64,000 bases of DNA. It comes from an uncultured Phycisphaerales bacterium (GTDB lineage: Bacteria > Planctomycetota > Phycisphaerae > UBA1845). Below are positions 9,910-19,091 of this stretch, in pieces; within the stretch, counting starts at the first letter, position 1, and every line of letters begins with the position of its first letter. Location: contig CBDUZO010000001.1 of the NCBI GenBank assembly GCA_965371725.1, positions 13,123-77,122 on the forward strand, given 5' to 3'. Under the pieces are notes generated by a model. The model worked only from the letters and a program-made list of their open reading frames with translations. It did not search any database and was not told where the DNA came from. The position numbers and the translations under genes were made by a program.

Positions 9910-11946
9910 TCATGACATCGCCCTCTCCAAGGCGATCCGCGTTTCAACCGTCAAGACGCCGGTCCACTCGCAGCATCCGCGCAACGTCACTGCCGGCTGC
10001 TTGCCGTGATACCGACGAGACACCCAACCGAGGATCGGCTCCTCCGATCCTCTCACAAGACTGACGGAGAGACAGGGGTCTACGTGCACCCAGGCTGTTC
10101 CCACGCCAAAGTCCACCTTGAACCGGTTCGAGTCCTCACGACGAATCTCACAGTGTTCAGCCGCGTGCAGCAGAAGGCACGCCCGATGTCGTGTCCTGCC
10201 GGTCAGTTCATCACGAATGACGATCTCGCCGCGTTTTCCATCCAGCGTGATGGTGCGACGGTGAACGACCGGATCGTCAAGACGCGAGTAGCCGTCGTGT
10301 TCACCCGCAACCGTCCCGCCCTGCTCAGCCGGTTCCCATTGAACGCATCGCGCCTGCGCCCGCCGTCCCCACAGAAACGGCCCGAGCGTCTCGGACTGTT
10401 CCCGTTCGTCGATCACGATCGTGTTGTGGGCGCAGGTGCTGCGGAAATAGTCACGCCATTTCGGGTACGTGAAGTAATCATACGTGCCCGGATCCACAAA
10501 GACGTCCGCCCCGAAAGCACGGAGCGTGAAGCTCAAAGCGTCCGCGTGTCCGTGGGCGGCGATCGGTCCGTAACCCAGGTCGCCACAGTCAAAGGCCACG
10601 CTGATGCGGTCCGGTCGGCCAACGTGTCCGGACTGAAGCAAGTAGTAGCCCGAATCCGGAAGCGCCCGCGACCGTATTTCCAGTGCCACGGGTAAGTCAT
10701 CTATCTCCGCCAGCGCCTTGCATCCCGCATCACCCAAGAGCCAGAGAACAGGCTCGCCCGAACCGTCGGAAAACGCTTTGAAATCGGCCCTGTTGAACAG
10801 CGTCGCCCCCACCGCCATAAGACCGCGCAGCCGATCGGGCCCGCCGCCCAGGTCCAGGACGTATCCGTCGTCGCAATCACCGAACATCGGAGGCGCCGCG
10901 CCGCCCTCAGTCAGAGCGGCCAGGAAGTCAAACATCCGCTCCAGGCGTTTCCAGTAATCTTCCGGGAAGTCCTCGCCCCTGTTCCGCGCGACGATCCCCG
11001 CAAGCAGGAAGAGTTCGAGCACGAACCCGTGGTAACCGGTCGCAAGTTCACAGTGCCCGCCGTCGGGATGGACCTGTCGTGCCATCTCCCGGATCAGGAT
11101 GTCGCGGGCTCGGTCGCGCCAGGCATCGGCCATCTTGAGGCTCGTGAAGTAGCCGGTGGCGATGAAGACGCCGGCGGCCTCGCCCACCAGATGGTTGTTG
11201 GCCGACGAATGACGTGAGTATTTCCGAGTGATATCCCACAGATGGCGATAGACAACCGGGAGCAACCGGCCCATCTGCTGTTTCGTCCAGACGCCGGAGG
11301 GCGAGATCATCTCGAGCGAGAAAGCCCAGTTGATCAGCCGTATCGCAAGCTCCAGCGGGCTTCGCCAGTTCATTCCCCGCCCGTAGGGGCACTGCCGCTG
11401 CCAGCTCTCGATCTGCTCGACGACTTTCTCCGCGTAACGCCGATCACCGGTCAACCGATACGCCCGTCCCAGCACGACCAGGTGGTGATGCCGATTCGGC
11501 TCCCAGGCAACCTTCGCGTCACCCGTCACGGTGAAGTCCCGATAATCCACGCGCGGCGCGAAGCACAGGGGCGCACACTTGTTCGACACACACTCGCGAT
11601 TCCAATCGATCTCGGAACCGAAATCGTGATTGTCCAGGTCAAAGAACGACAAGCGGTTATCCAGCAGCCTGTCGGCACGAGCCACGACCGCTTCGCGCCA
11701 GCGCGCCGATTCAGAAGGGACATCGCGCGAGTGGAATGCACCAGGCCACGCGGAACGGATGGCTGCCGAGTCAACCTGCGAGGCCGCCCCGTTCCCATCC
11801 GCGATTCTCGACAAGGAAATCGGCTTTTCTCGGACCGCAAGCGCGCACCGATCAACCGATTCCTGAAGCGTCGTGCCCAGACGCCAGCAGATTTCCCCGG
11901 GCGACATCGCCCGAAGTCTTCGCCAATACCAGGTCAGCGTCTGCAA
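9910..11946 (-). CDS. Heparinase II/III-like (alginate-lyase-superfamily) protein
   Basis: 678-aa ORF with a TTG start at 11946 and an alternative ATG at 11907. Family-typical N-terminal toroid strings: NRHHHLVVLGRAYRLTGDRRYAEKVVEQIESWQRQCP, NWRSPLELAIRLINW. The C-terminal beta-sandwich region contains GHAHADALSF. Confidence 0.8.
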   Translation of the reverse strand: MQTLTWYWRRLRAMSPGEICWRLGTTLQESVDRCALAVREKPISLSRIADGNGAASQVDSAAIRSAWPGAFHSRDVPSESARWREAVVARADRLLDNRLSFFDLDNHDFGSEIDWNRECVSNKCAPLCFAPRVDYRDFTVTGDAKVAWEPNRHHHLVVLGRAYRLTGDRRYAEKVVEQIESWQRQCPYGRGMNWRSPLELAIRLINWAFSLEMISPSGVWTKQQMGRLLPVVYRHLWDITRKYSRHSSANNHLVGEAAGVFIATGYFTSLKMADAWRDRARDILIREMARQVHPDGGHCELATGYHGFVLELFLLAGIVARNRGEDFPEDYWKRLERMFDFLAALTEGGAAPPMFGDCDDGYVLDLGGGPDRLRGLMAVGATLFNRADFKAFSDGSGEPVLWLLGDAGCKALAEIDDLPVALEIRSRALPDSGYYLLQSGHVGRPDRISVAFDCGDLGYGPIAAHGHADALSFTLRAFGADVFVDPGTYDYFTYPKWRDYFRSTCAHNTIVIDEREQSETLGPFLWGRRAQARCVQWEPAEQGGTVAGEHDGYSRLDDPVVHRRTITLDGKRGEIVIRDELTGRTRHRACLLLHAAEHCEIRREDSNRFKVDFGVGTAWVHVDPCLSVSLVRGSEEPILGWVSRRYHGKQPAVTLRGCCEWTGVLTVETRIALERAMS

Positions 11947-12851
11947 GCGTTTCTCCTATCGGCCCTTCCGCAACGAGAGTGGTCGGTCATTCGGAACGGA
12001 ACTCCCAAGGCCGCCTGCGATCATCGATCCAACGGGCGCACCTTCTCCGCACCATGACCTCCCTCCTTTATCGACTGTCAACGCGAGAGCCTGTGGCACG
12101 GCGCACAATCAGATAGGGACGACAGACGCCTTTTGAACCATGACCGAGGCACAAACCCTCGCCAGTTCAGGGGCGCATCCGTGCGCTCATACAACGGAGA
12201 CGGCGACAACTGCTTGTCAGCAGCCCTAAAGATGACTCAAACGTGGTACGTCAATACAGCTTCGCTAACCTCCTCATCCCCTTCCGGTCAATCAAATCGG
12301 CCGCCCGGCGAAGCCGTAACTGAAGCCAGATGTCAGACCAAGATGTCAAGTATATGAAAAGCATATAGTCCGGACGGCGTTTGGTCAAGGCACGGACGGC
12401 AGGCGACACTTTATCGGCCACCGATTCACCACGAGAAATCATGAATCCTACCGGATGGTCCCGGCCGCGCCGGCGTTGTACGCAAGCTCGCGTCCCGATA
12501 TGCGTCGCACGTCAACCACCCTTGCCCCGATCACCCACTTTGCCAAATGGTCCGATCAGATTTCACCACCAAGGGCAACGTTCGCTGCGAATTCCCTCGC
12601 GGATGCGGGATCGCCGCGAAGGACTCACGGTCAGCGCCCATTGCTCTGCCAGGGGTGAGTATCGGGCCCGCTGCCGACACCCACGATCCTGACGCCAACT
12701 GTCACGCTTCCGGACGTTTTCTGCCCGGCCCGATAGGCCCGATTATTCCATTTTTCCCGGCCGATAGATGATTTGTATGGCACCTTATTGTATGGCTGGG
12801 GTTTCTCGCGAAAGAGGCATCTCGAACACCATTCAAAGCTGGATCGGCCTT

Positions 12852-14672
12852 ATGAAGACAAATCGCTCGGCGTGGCACCTGTGGTCCGGATGCGTCGTTT
12901 CCACGATGATCGGGTGCGTGCCCATTGGGACTGGGACGACCAGTTCGACGGATGGAGTCATCCCAACGGCCGTCTTCCCGGACGACGATGATCCCGCTAC
13001 CGCAGCCCTACCCGTCGTCGAGGGTGAGCTGCTCGTACAACCCTTCCCCGGAGCCGACGCAGAAACGCTGGACAATCTCTACGCGCAGGTCGGAGCCGTC
13101 GTCACGGACCGAGTGGATGACATCGACCTCACGGTTCTGGAAGTGCCGGAAGACGAGGTGGACGCGATTGCTGCCTGGTTGGCGGAGAGCCACCTGATCG
13201 AGTCCATCCACAGAACGTACATTCTCCAAGCCCAGGAAGCTCCCGACGACCCACTCTTTGACCGGCAACCTCACCTCGATCAGGTCAACGTCCCTGACGC
13301 ATGGGAGGAAACCGTCGGATCGGATGATATCCTGATCGCCATTGTCGACACGGGGGTCGAACCGGATCACGAGGATCTGTCAGACAGAATCGTGAACGGT
13401 TGGAACATCTACGACAATGACCCCGACTTCGATGACGTCAAAGGGCACGGCACGCAGGTCGCGGGCGTCGCGGCAGCCGCGACCGACAACAACACGGGCG
13501 TCGCCGGCGTGACGTGGGACTGCCCCGTCATCGCCGTCCGCGTGACGAACGATGCGGGCCTGGCCACCAGCAGACAGATCGCCGCGGGAATCCTCTGGGC
13601 CGCCGGACAGGGGGCCAAGGTGATCAACGTCAGCTTCGCGCCGCTCTGGTCCAACGAGATCGTCAAATCGGCTGCACGGCAGGCTTACAATCGCGGCGCA
13701 CTTGTCGTCATCAGCGCGGGCAACGAAGGCGGCACCGCGGGAGCATCCGGTTACGACGAGGCGCTCTTCGTCGGAGCCGTCGAGGCAACCGGTCGAATCG
13801 CCTCGTTTTCCGATCGAGGACCGTTCGTGGACCTCGTCGCGCCCGGCACCGATGTTCGCACGACCGCGGTGGGGTCCGGCTACAGGCTGAGCAGCGGCAC
13901 ATCCTTCGCTGCTCCGATCGTGACGGGCGTGGCTGCGCTCGCCTGGTCCGTCAATCCCGATCTGCGACCGGCCACCATTGTCGAAGCCCTGACCACGAGC
14001 GCCGCCGACCTGGGTGCCCGGGGCAAGGACTCCACGTACGGTCACGGCCTCGTCGATGCGGAGGCCGCTGTCGAAGCCGCACTGGAAGCCTCGTACACGC
14101 CGGACACCACGCCGCCGTCGTTAAGCATCGCTCGCCCGAGGGACGGTGCCTCCTTCTCCGGCCGTTATACGGTTTCGGTCTCAGCCTCTGATCGATGGGG
14201 TGTGGCGGACGTGGTGATGTACGTCGACGACATCCCGTTCGCCACCGACACTCGCACGCCCTACCGATTCGTCATCGACACGTCGGATTTCTCGCGCGGC
14301 GAACATGAGCTTGGCTTCATAGCCACCGACCTTGCAGGCAACGCATCACGCATCGAGACCGTCGGCGTCTCATTCGGGACCAGCGGCGGGTCGACGGCAG
14401 GCGTCGTCTTCGAGTCACCCCGGGCGGGCGCACGCGTGTCGGGAAATGTGACGATCGACGCGACCGTGGCTGCGAACGTGGGATTGGCCACAGTCGAGTG
14501 GTTTGTCGACGGCGAGTCCGTATTCGTAACAACCGTAACCGGAACTTCGTCGCAAGTGAGCTACCTCTGGCGAACCTCCGGCGTGCAGTCGGGAAGCCAC
14601 ACGATCAGCCTTGTCGTGATCGACGCCGCTGGAGGTCAAAACGTCGGCTACCTCGAGTTGGTCAAGCGGTAA
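12852..14672 (+). CDS. Secreted subtilisin-like serine protease (peptidase S8) with C-terminal Ig-like repeats
   Basis: Catalytic triad contexts are IAIVDTGVEPDHEDL (Asp), GHGTQVAGVAAA (His) and SGTSFAAPIVTGVAALAWS (Ser). The ORF opens at 12768, but ATG 12852 gives a signal/lipobox-like start MKTNRSAWHLWSGCVVSTMIGC. Two similar C-terminal about-100-aa repeats (GRYTVSVSASD..., GNVTIDATVAAN...). Confidence 0.9.
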   Translation: MKTNRSAWHLWSGCVVSTMIGCVPIGTGTTSSTDGVIPTAVFPDDDDPATAALPVVEGELLVQPFPGADAETLDNLYAQVGAVVTDRVDDIDLTVLEVPEDEVDAIAAWLAESHLIESIHRTYILQAQEAPDDPLFDRQPHLDQVNVPDAWEETVGSDDILIAIVDTGVEPDHEDLSDRIVNGWNIYDNDPDFDDVKGHGTQVAGVAAAATDNNTGVAGVTWDCPVIAVRVTNDAGLATSRQIAAGILWAAGQGAKVINVSFAPLWSNEIVKSAARQAYNRGALVVISAGNEGGTAGASGYDEALFVGAVEATGRIASFSDRGPFVDLVAPGTDVRTTAVGSGYRLSSGTSFAAPIVTGVAALAWSVNPDLRPATIVEALTTSAADLGARGKDSTYGHGLVDAEAAVEAALEASYTPDTTPPSLSIARPRDGASFSGRYTVSVSASDRWGVADVVMYVDDIPFATDTRTPYRFVIDTSDFSRGEHELGFIATDLAGNASRIETVGVSFGTSGGSTAGVVFESPRAGARVSGNVTIDATVAANVGLATVEWFVDGESVFVTTVTGTSSQVSYLWRTSGVQSGSHTISLVVIDAAGGQNVGYLELVKR

Positions 14673-14750
14673 CGCGTCACTCGAGCACGTTCGTCCAATT
14701 CCATCCGCCAAGCGACTCGTATCGCCACGCGCCCGGCGCCCCGGCAGGGG

Positions 14751-15728
14751 TCAGCCCACCTCGCGTTTCTGGAAGATGAACACGGCAATTCCGAGGGTCG
14801 CAGAAGTGAGAAGCGCTGCGTAACCGGTTACGTACCCGACGTAGCGTAGCGGGATGGCCGTCACCTCCGTCTCGGCGTACAGACCGTCAATGACCCAGAA
14901 GGGCCCGACATTCGGCACGATGCTGTACAGCGACGAGGCGAGCGCCGATCCCTCCGCATGCCGTCCGAAGGCGGCATCCGAGGTAAAGCCAAGTCCGAGG
15001 AAGCATACACAGATCATGAGCGTCATGAGCGTCCCGAACCGCGTGGAGGCCGCCAACGCGACAGCCGCCGTAAGAATCACGACCAACAGAACGAAATACG
15101 CCGCAATCAGCACCTGCCCACCCACGAAATTGCTGGCGAAGGGGATGATCTCCCAGTGCTCATTCAACTTCCCCACGATGAGAACGGCGACGGTCAGAAG
15201 TGGCGTCACAAAGGCAATCGTGGTGGTCGAGAAATGGCTACCGTACAGGTAATTGGCGAAAGTGGCGGCGATCAGCGAGACCGCCAGGCTCCCGAACCCC
15301 AGGGCCAGGACGGGGGCGTCCCACGGATCGGACGAGTTCTGAAGAACCCCGTGCCGCTGGGCGAGGATGAAGACCAGGCAACTCAGGTAGAACGCGAGCA
15401 CAAGGGCCGCCGCCAGCCCCGTGAACTTGCCCAGAATGAACATGGGCCGGCTGACCGGTTTCGAGATCACCGTCAGCACGGTCTTGTTCTCGATCTCGCG
15501 GGCGAGCACCCCGCTGGCGCTGAAGGCACACAAGAACAAACCGCTGAGCAGGAGCGTAGATAGCCCCAGACTGAGGAGCAGCTTGTCGTCGTCCTCGAGG
15601 GTGAAGGCGGCAAGCGAAACGTTCAGGATCAGCATGGCCGCGGTCAGCAGGAGCATGACCCCGTAGATCGGCTGGCGGATCGTCTCCACGAACGTGCTAT
15701 GGGCCAGAGTGTAGAATCGTTGCCACAT
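14751..15728 (-). CDS. ABC-2-type (NosY-like) transporter permease
   Basis: Polytopic membrane ORF. The track start 15794 precedes a basic leader, and ATG 15728 (MWQRFYTLAHSTFVETIRQPIYG) looks like the real start. Motif EIENKTVLTVISKPVSRPMFILGKF is shared with the permease at 21663. Confidence 0.7.
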   Translation of the reverse strand: MWQRFYTLAHSTFVETIRQPIYGVMLLLTAAMLILNVSLAAFTLEDDDKLLLSLGLSTLLLSGLFLCAFSASGVLAREIENKTVLTVISKPVSRPMFILGKFTGLAAALVLAFYLSCLVFILAQRHGVLQNSSDPWDAPVLALGFGSLAVSLIAATFANYLYGSHFSTTTIAFVTPLLTVAVLIVGKLNEHWEIIPFASNFVGGQVLIAAYFVLLVVILTAAVALAASTRFGTLMTLMICVCFLGLGFTSDAAFGRHAEGSALASSLYSIVPNVGPFWVIDGLYAETEVTAIPLRYVGYVTGYAALLTSATLGIAVFIFQKREVG

Positions 15729-15960
15729 GGGCTTGGGTGTCGTGCGAAGCTTCTTTGAGGTTCGAGGTCTCGTCCGCCCCGCCGTTCGGGCCACGGCCCG
15801 GACCGGGCCAGCAACCCGCGTGTTGGCACCGGAACTCGATTATTGTAACCTTCCCTCTCGTTGCGGCAAGCCGCACGAGGCGGCGCGGTCAGCCACCTTT
15901 GCTTACGTCGACTAGTGCATCGAAGTTCGACTCCGCCGGAAGGCGGAGAGGGAAACACGA

Positions 15961-18063
15961 ATGACTGAGTCAGCCACACCGAGTGATCGCCGGGCCCAGG
16001 TCGTGGCGGGTGTCGGTTTCGTCGGACAGTTCGCAACGTGCGCCGTGTTTTGGGGGTTGGCCTACTGGACCAGGTCGGACGCCCTGGCGACCGTTGCCCG
16101 GTTGATGGTGATCGGGCTTCCGGTGTGGCTCGTTCTCTTTTTGGTGTTCAAGCAAATCAGGCGTGTCAGCGCCGAGGCGTTGGAAACTGCCGAGCTGAAG
16201 CGGTCCCGCGAAGCCGGGGCAAGCGAGGGGATCTTCGAGCTGGATGACGAAGCACTCCTGCTCGAACAAAACCGTCTGCGCTGGATGGTCCGGTGGCTTT
16301 TGCCGACCGTGACGATCCTCCTGGCGTTGTTCCTGGTGGTCGGCCATTTCGCGGCGTTTGACTGGACGCTTGAAGGAGCGTTCGCCAAGGAGGGGATGCG
16401 CCGGACGCAGCAGCCCACGTTGGTGATGTGGATCGTCGTGGGGATCGGGTTCCTCTGCTTCCTTTATGAGCGATACTCGATCGCTCTGTCCAGGCTGCCG
16501 CAATGGCGACTGGTGCGGGCTGGTGCCACCTGCATGGCAGCCAACGCCCGGGCCAGTCTCGCCCTGGCCATCGCCCTTATGGCAACCGAGACGACGGCCT
16601 GGGCCGAACCCCTGGCCGCGTGCGTCATCCGCGTGATGTTGCTCATCCTGGGCATCGAGTTCGCCGTGAACTTCATTCTCGACCTGTATCGCCCGCGTAT
16701 TCCGGGTGAGATTCCCAGACCCTCCTTTGACAGCAGGCTCCTCGAGCTCCTGGCCGAGCCCGGCGAGATCGCCAAGTCCATGGCCGGCGCGATGAACTAC
16801 CAGTTCGGGTTCGAGGTCAGCAGCACGTGGTTCTATCAGCTCTTACAGAGGTGGCTCTTTCCGATCCTCGCCGTCACGATCATCGCCATCTTCTCGCTGA
16901 GCAGCCTCGTCATCGTCGAGGCGGATGAGCAGGTCGTCGTTGAGAGGTTCGGAAGTCTGGTGCAGGCACGCCCGGAAAGTCTTCAGCCGGGTATCCACGT
17001 TAAATGGCCTTACCCGATCGATGTGGTCCACCGGGCTCCCGTCAAGCGGATCAGCGAGCTTGTGATCGGTGAGGCCACCGAGGAGGAGGACGAGACGGAC
17101 CCGCGCAGGGCGGTCATCTGGACGGAGCAACACGAGTACATCCCGGAACTGATGCTGCTCGTGGCGGCATCGAAGACGGGCAAGACCGGCTCGTCGGAGG
17201 AACATACGGCTGGAAAGTACGCGCAGACGGGCGAGAGCGTTCCGGTCAGCCTGCTGATGGTTTCCGTGCCGATCGAGTACCGAATCAAGGATATCCACAA
17301 GTACCTTTACAACTACGCCGATCCCGTGAAGCTCATGGAGGGCGTGGCGTATCAGTATTTGTCGGGCTACGCAGCAAGCGTCGACATTGACGAGCTGATG
17401 GGACCTGGACGGGAGCGATTCAACGCGGAGCTGACGGACCTGATCCAAAGCCGCCTTGACGAGCTTGAAGTCGGAATCGAGATCGTCTTCTGCGGCATTC
17501 GTGGGGCCCACCCACCGGTCAAGGAGAAGGTGGCCGCCGCCTTCCAGCAGGTCATCGCCGCTCAGACCAACATGGCCGCCACAATCAACGCCGCGAAAGG
17601 CCAGGTGCAGAAGATGCTGACCGAAGCCGCCGGAACGGAGGCCCGTGCGCGGACCCTTGACGAAGTGATTCGGCAGAGGGATGAGCTGCGCGGGGGCCCG
17701 GCGGGCCACAAGCTCGAACTCGCCGAAGCGGAGGCGGCGGTCGCTCGCCTGCTCATGGGCGATTCCGACGCCGGAATCACGGCGCTGAGCGGTGAGGCGG
17801 CTGCTCTGATCGCCGAGGCTCGCGCCAACGCCAGCCGCAAAATCAGTCTCGCAGCCAGAAAGGTCCGTGCCTTCGGCGCGGAGCTGGCCGCCTTCAAAAC
17901 CGCTCCGGAACTGTACAAACAACGCAAGATTCTCGATGTGTATGAGGCAATGGGCCCCATCCGCAAGTACCTCATCGTGGGAGATCCCTCCAACGTGCTG
18001 ATCGAGTACGAAACCCGGAAGGAACCCTCCCTCGATCGGGTTCTGGCAGAGGATGAAAACTAA
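15961..18063 (+). CDS. Polytopic membrane domain fused to an SPFH/Band-7 (HflK-like) domain and a C-terminal coiled coil
   Basis: 700-aa ORF with about 7 hydrophobic segments in the first ~330 aa. The SPFH core follows: VIVEADEQVVVERFGSLV...PGIHVKWPYPID...VSVPIEYRIKD...GIEIVFCGIRGAHPP...AAFQQVIAAQ. HflK-like tail APELYKQRKILDVYEAM. Confidence 0.75.
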   Translation: MTESATPSDRRAQVVAGVGFVGQFATCAVFWGLAYWTRSDALATVARLMVIGLPVWLVLFLVFKQIRRVSAEALETAELKRSREAGASEGIFELDDEALLLEQNRLRWMVRWLLPTVTILLALFLVVGHFAAFDWTLEGAFAKEGMRRTQQPTLVMWIVVGIGFLCFLYERYSIALSRLPQWRLVRAGATCMAANARASLALAIALMATETTAWAEPLAACVIRVMLLILGIEFAVNFILDLYRPRIPGEIPRPSFDSRLLELLAEPGEIAKSMAGAMNYQFGFEVSSTWFYQLLQRWLFPILAVTIIAIFSLSSLVIVEADEQVVVERFGSLVQARPESLQPGIHVKWPYPIDVVHRAPVKRISELVIGEATEEEDETDPRRAVIWTEQHEYIPELMLLVAASKTGKTGSSEEHTAGKYAQTGESVPVSLLMVSVPIEYRIKDIHKYLYNYADPVKLMEGVAYQYLSGYAASVDIDELMGPGRERFNAELTDLIQSRLDELEVGIEIVFCGIRGAHPPVKEKVAAAFQQVIAAQTNMAATINAAKGQVQKMLTEAAGTEARARTLDEVIRQRDELRGGPAGHKLELAEAEAAVARLLMGDSDAGITALSGEAAALIAEARANASRKISLAARKVRAFGAELAAFKTAPELYKQRKILDVYEAMGPIRKYLIVGDPSNVLIEYETRKEPSLDRVLAEDEN

Positions 18064-18104
18064 GGCAGGTAGAAAGCGTTTCGGACACAGGGAGTCGTCT
18101 GGTC

Positions 18105-19070
18105 ATGAAAAACGTCGGCACGATCGCAGCCGCGGTGTTCCTCGGCATCATCCTGCTTCTGTACATGTGCTCGTTCAAGGTGCGCTTCACCGAGGTCGCC
18201 GTTGTGACGACGTGGGGCGAACCCACGGACGCCGCGATCATGGAACCGGGGTTGAAGTTCAAGTGGCCGATCCCAATCCAAGACGTCGCCATCTACGACA
18301 GGCGCGTCCGCGTCCTCGAGGACAGGACGGAGGAGACGCGAACCAAGGATAGCAAGAACCTCATCGTTACCACGTTCACGCTCTGGCGCATCGGTAACGC
18401 CACGGACGATCCGATCAAGTTCCTCACGAACTTCCCTGACGGTGAGCAGGAAGGCGAGGATAAGCTGCGCACTACGATCATCACGCAAAAGCACGCGGTA
18501 ATCGGGAAGCATGAGTTCATCGAGTTCGTCTCGACCGACGCAGCCAAACGTAAGCTCAGGGAAATCGAAGTGGAGATCAAAAACGGCGTCGCCGCAATCG
18601 CGCGGGAGAAATACGGCATCGAGATTGTCGATTTCGGCATCAAAAAGCTCGGCCTGCCAACGAGTGTCACCACCGCGATCTTCACCAGCATGAAGTCCAA
18701 CGAGGAGACCAAGGCCCAAAGATACCGGAGCGAAGGCGAGGCGCAAGCGCGCGACATCCTGGCCGACGCACGGGCGGTCGAAGCACGCATCATGGCCACC
18801 GCCAGGGAGAAGGTCGCCGACATCGAGGCGGAGGCCGAAAGGAGAGTCAGCGAGTACTACCGCGAGTTCAACGAGCATCCCGAACTGCGTATCTTCCTGG
18901 ACACTCTCAGGACGTACACCAGAGCCCTGAGAGGACGGACGACCTTGATCCTCGATACCGAAACCAAACCGTGGGACATGTTCACGATCGACGGCCGCAA
19001 CCAGGTCCGCCCCGCCGGAGCGGAGGATGCGGGCGAAGTAACGAAGGCGGAATCGGACTCGGTTCAATAG
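18105..19070 (+). CDS. SPFH/Band-7 protein, HflC-like
   Basis: 321-aa ORF with a single N-terminal TM (IAAAVFLGIILLLYMCSF). Other matches: EPGLKFKWPIPIQDV, GIEIVDFGIKKLGLPTSV, Ala/Glu-rich coiled coil. HPELRIFLDTLRTY resembles the HflC DPDFYAFIRSLRAY. Confidence 0.85.
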   Translation: MKNVGTIAAAVFLGIILLLYMCSFKVRFTEVAVVTTWGEPTDAAIMEPGLKFKWPIPIQDVAIYDRRVRVLEDRTEETRTKDSKNLIVTTFTLWRIGNATDDPIKFLTNFPDGEQEGEDKLRTTIITQKHAVIGKHEFIEFVSTDAAKRKLREIEVEIKNGVAAIAREKYGIEIVDFGIKKLGLPTSVTTAIFTSMKSNEETKAQRYRSEGEAQARDILADARAVEARIMATAREKVADIEAEAERRVSEYYREFNEHPELRIFLDTLRTYTRALRGRTTLILDTETKPWDMFTIDGRNQVRPAGAEDAGEVTKAESDSVQ

Positions 19071-19091
19071 ACTGGCGGGTGAATAAGGACA

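Noticed and set aside
10118-10140. GGTTCGAGTCC, a tRNA T-loop-like string
   Set aside because: The flanking bases cannot form a T-stem (ACCGG versus CCTCA), no acceptor or anticodon arms are present, and it lies inside the heparinase-like coding sequence.
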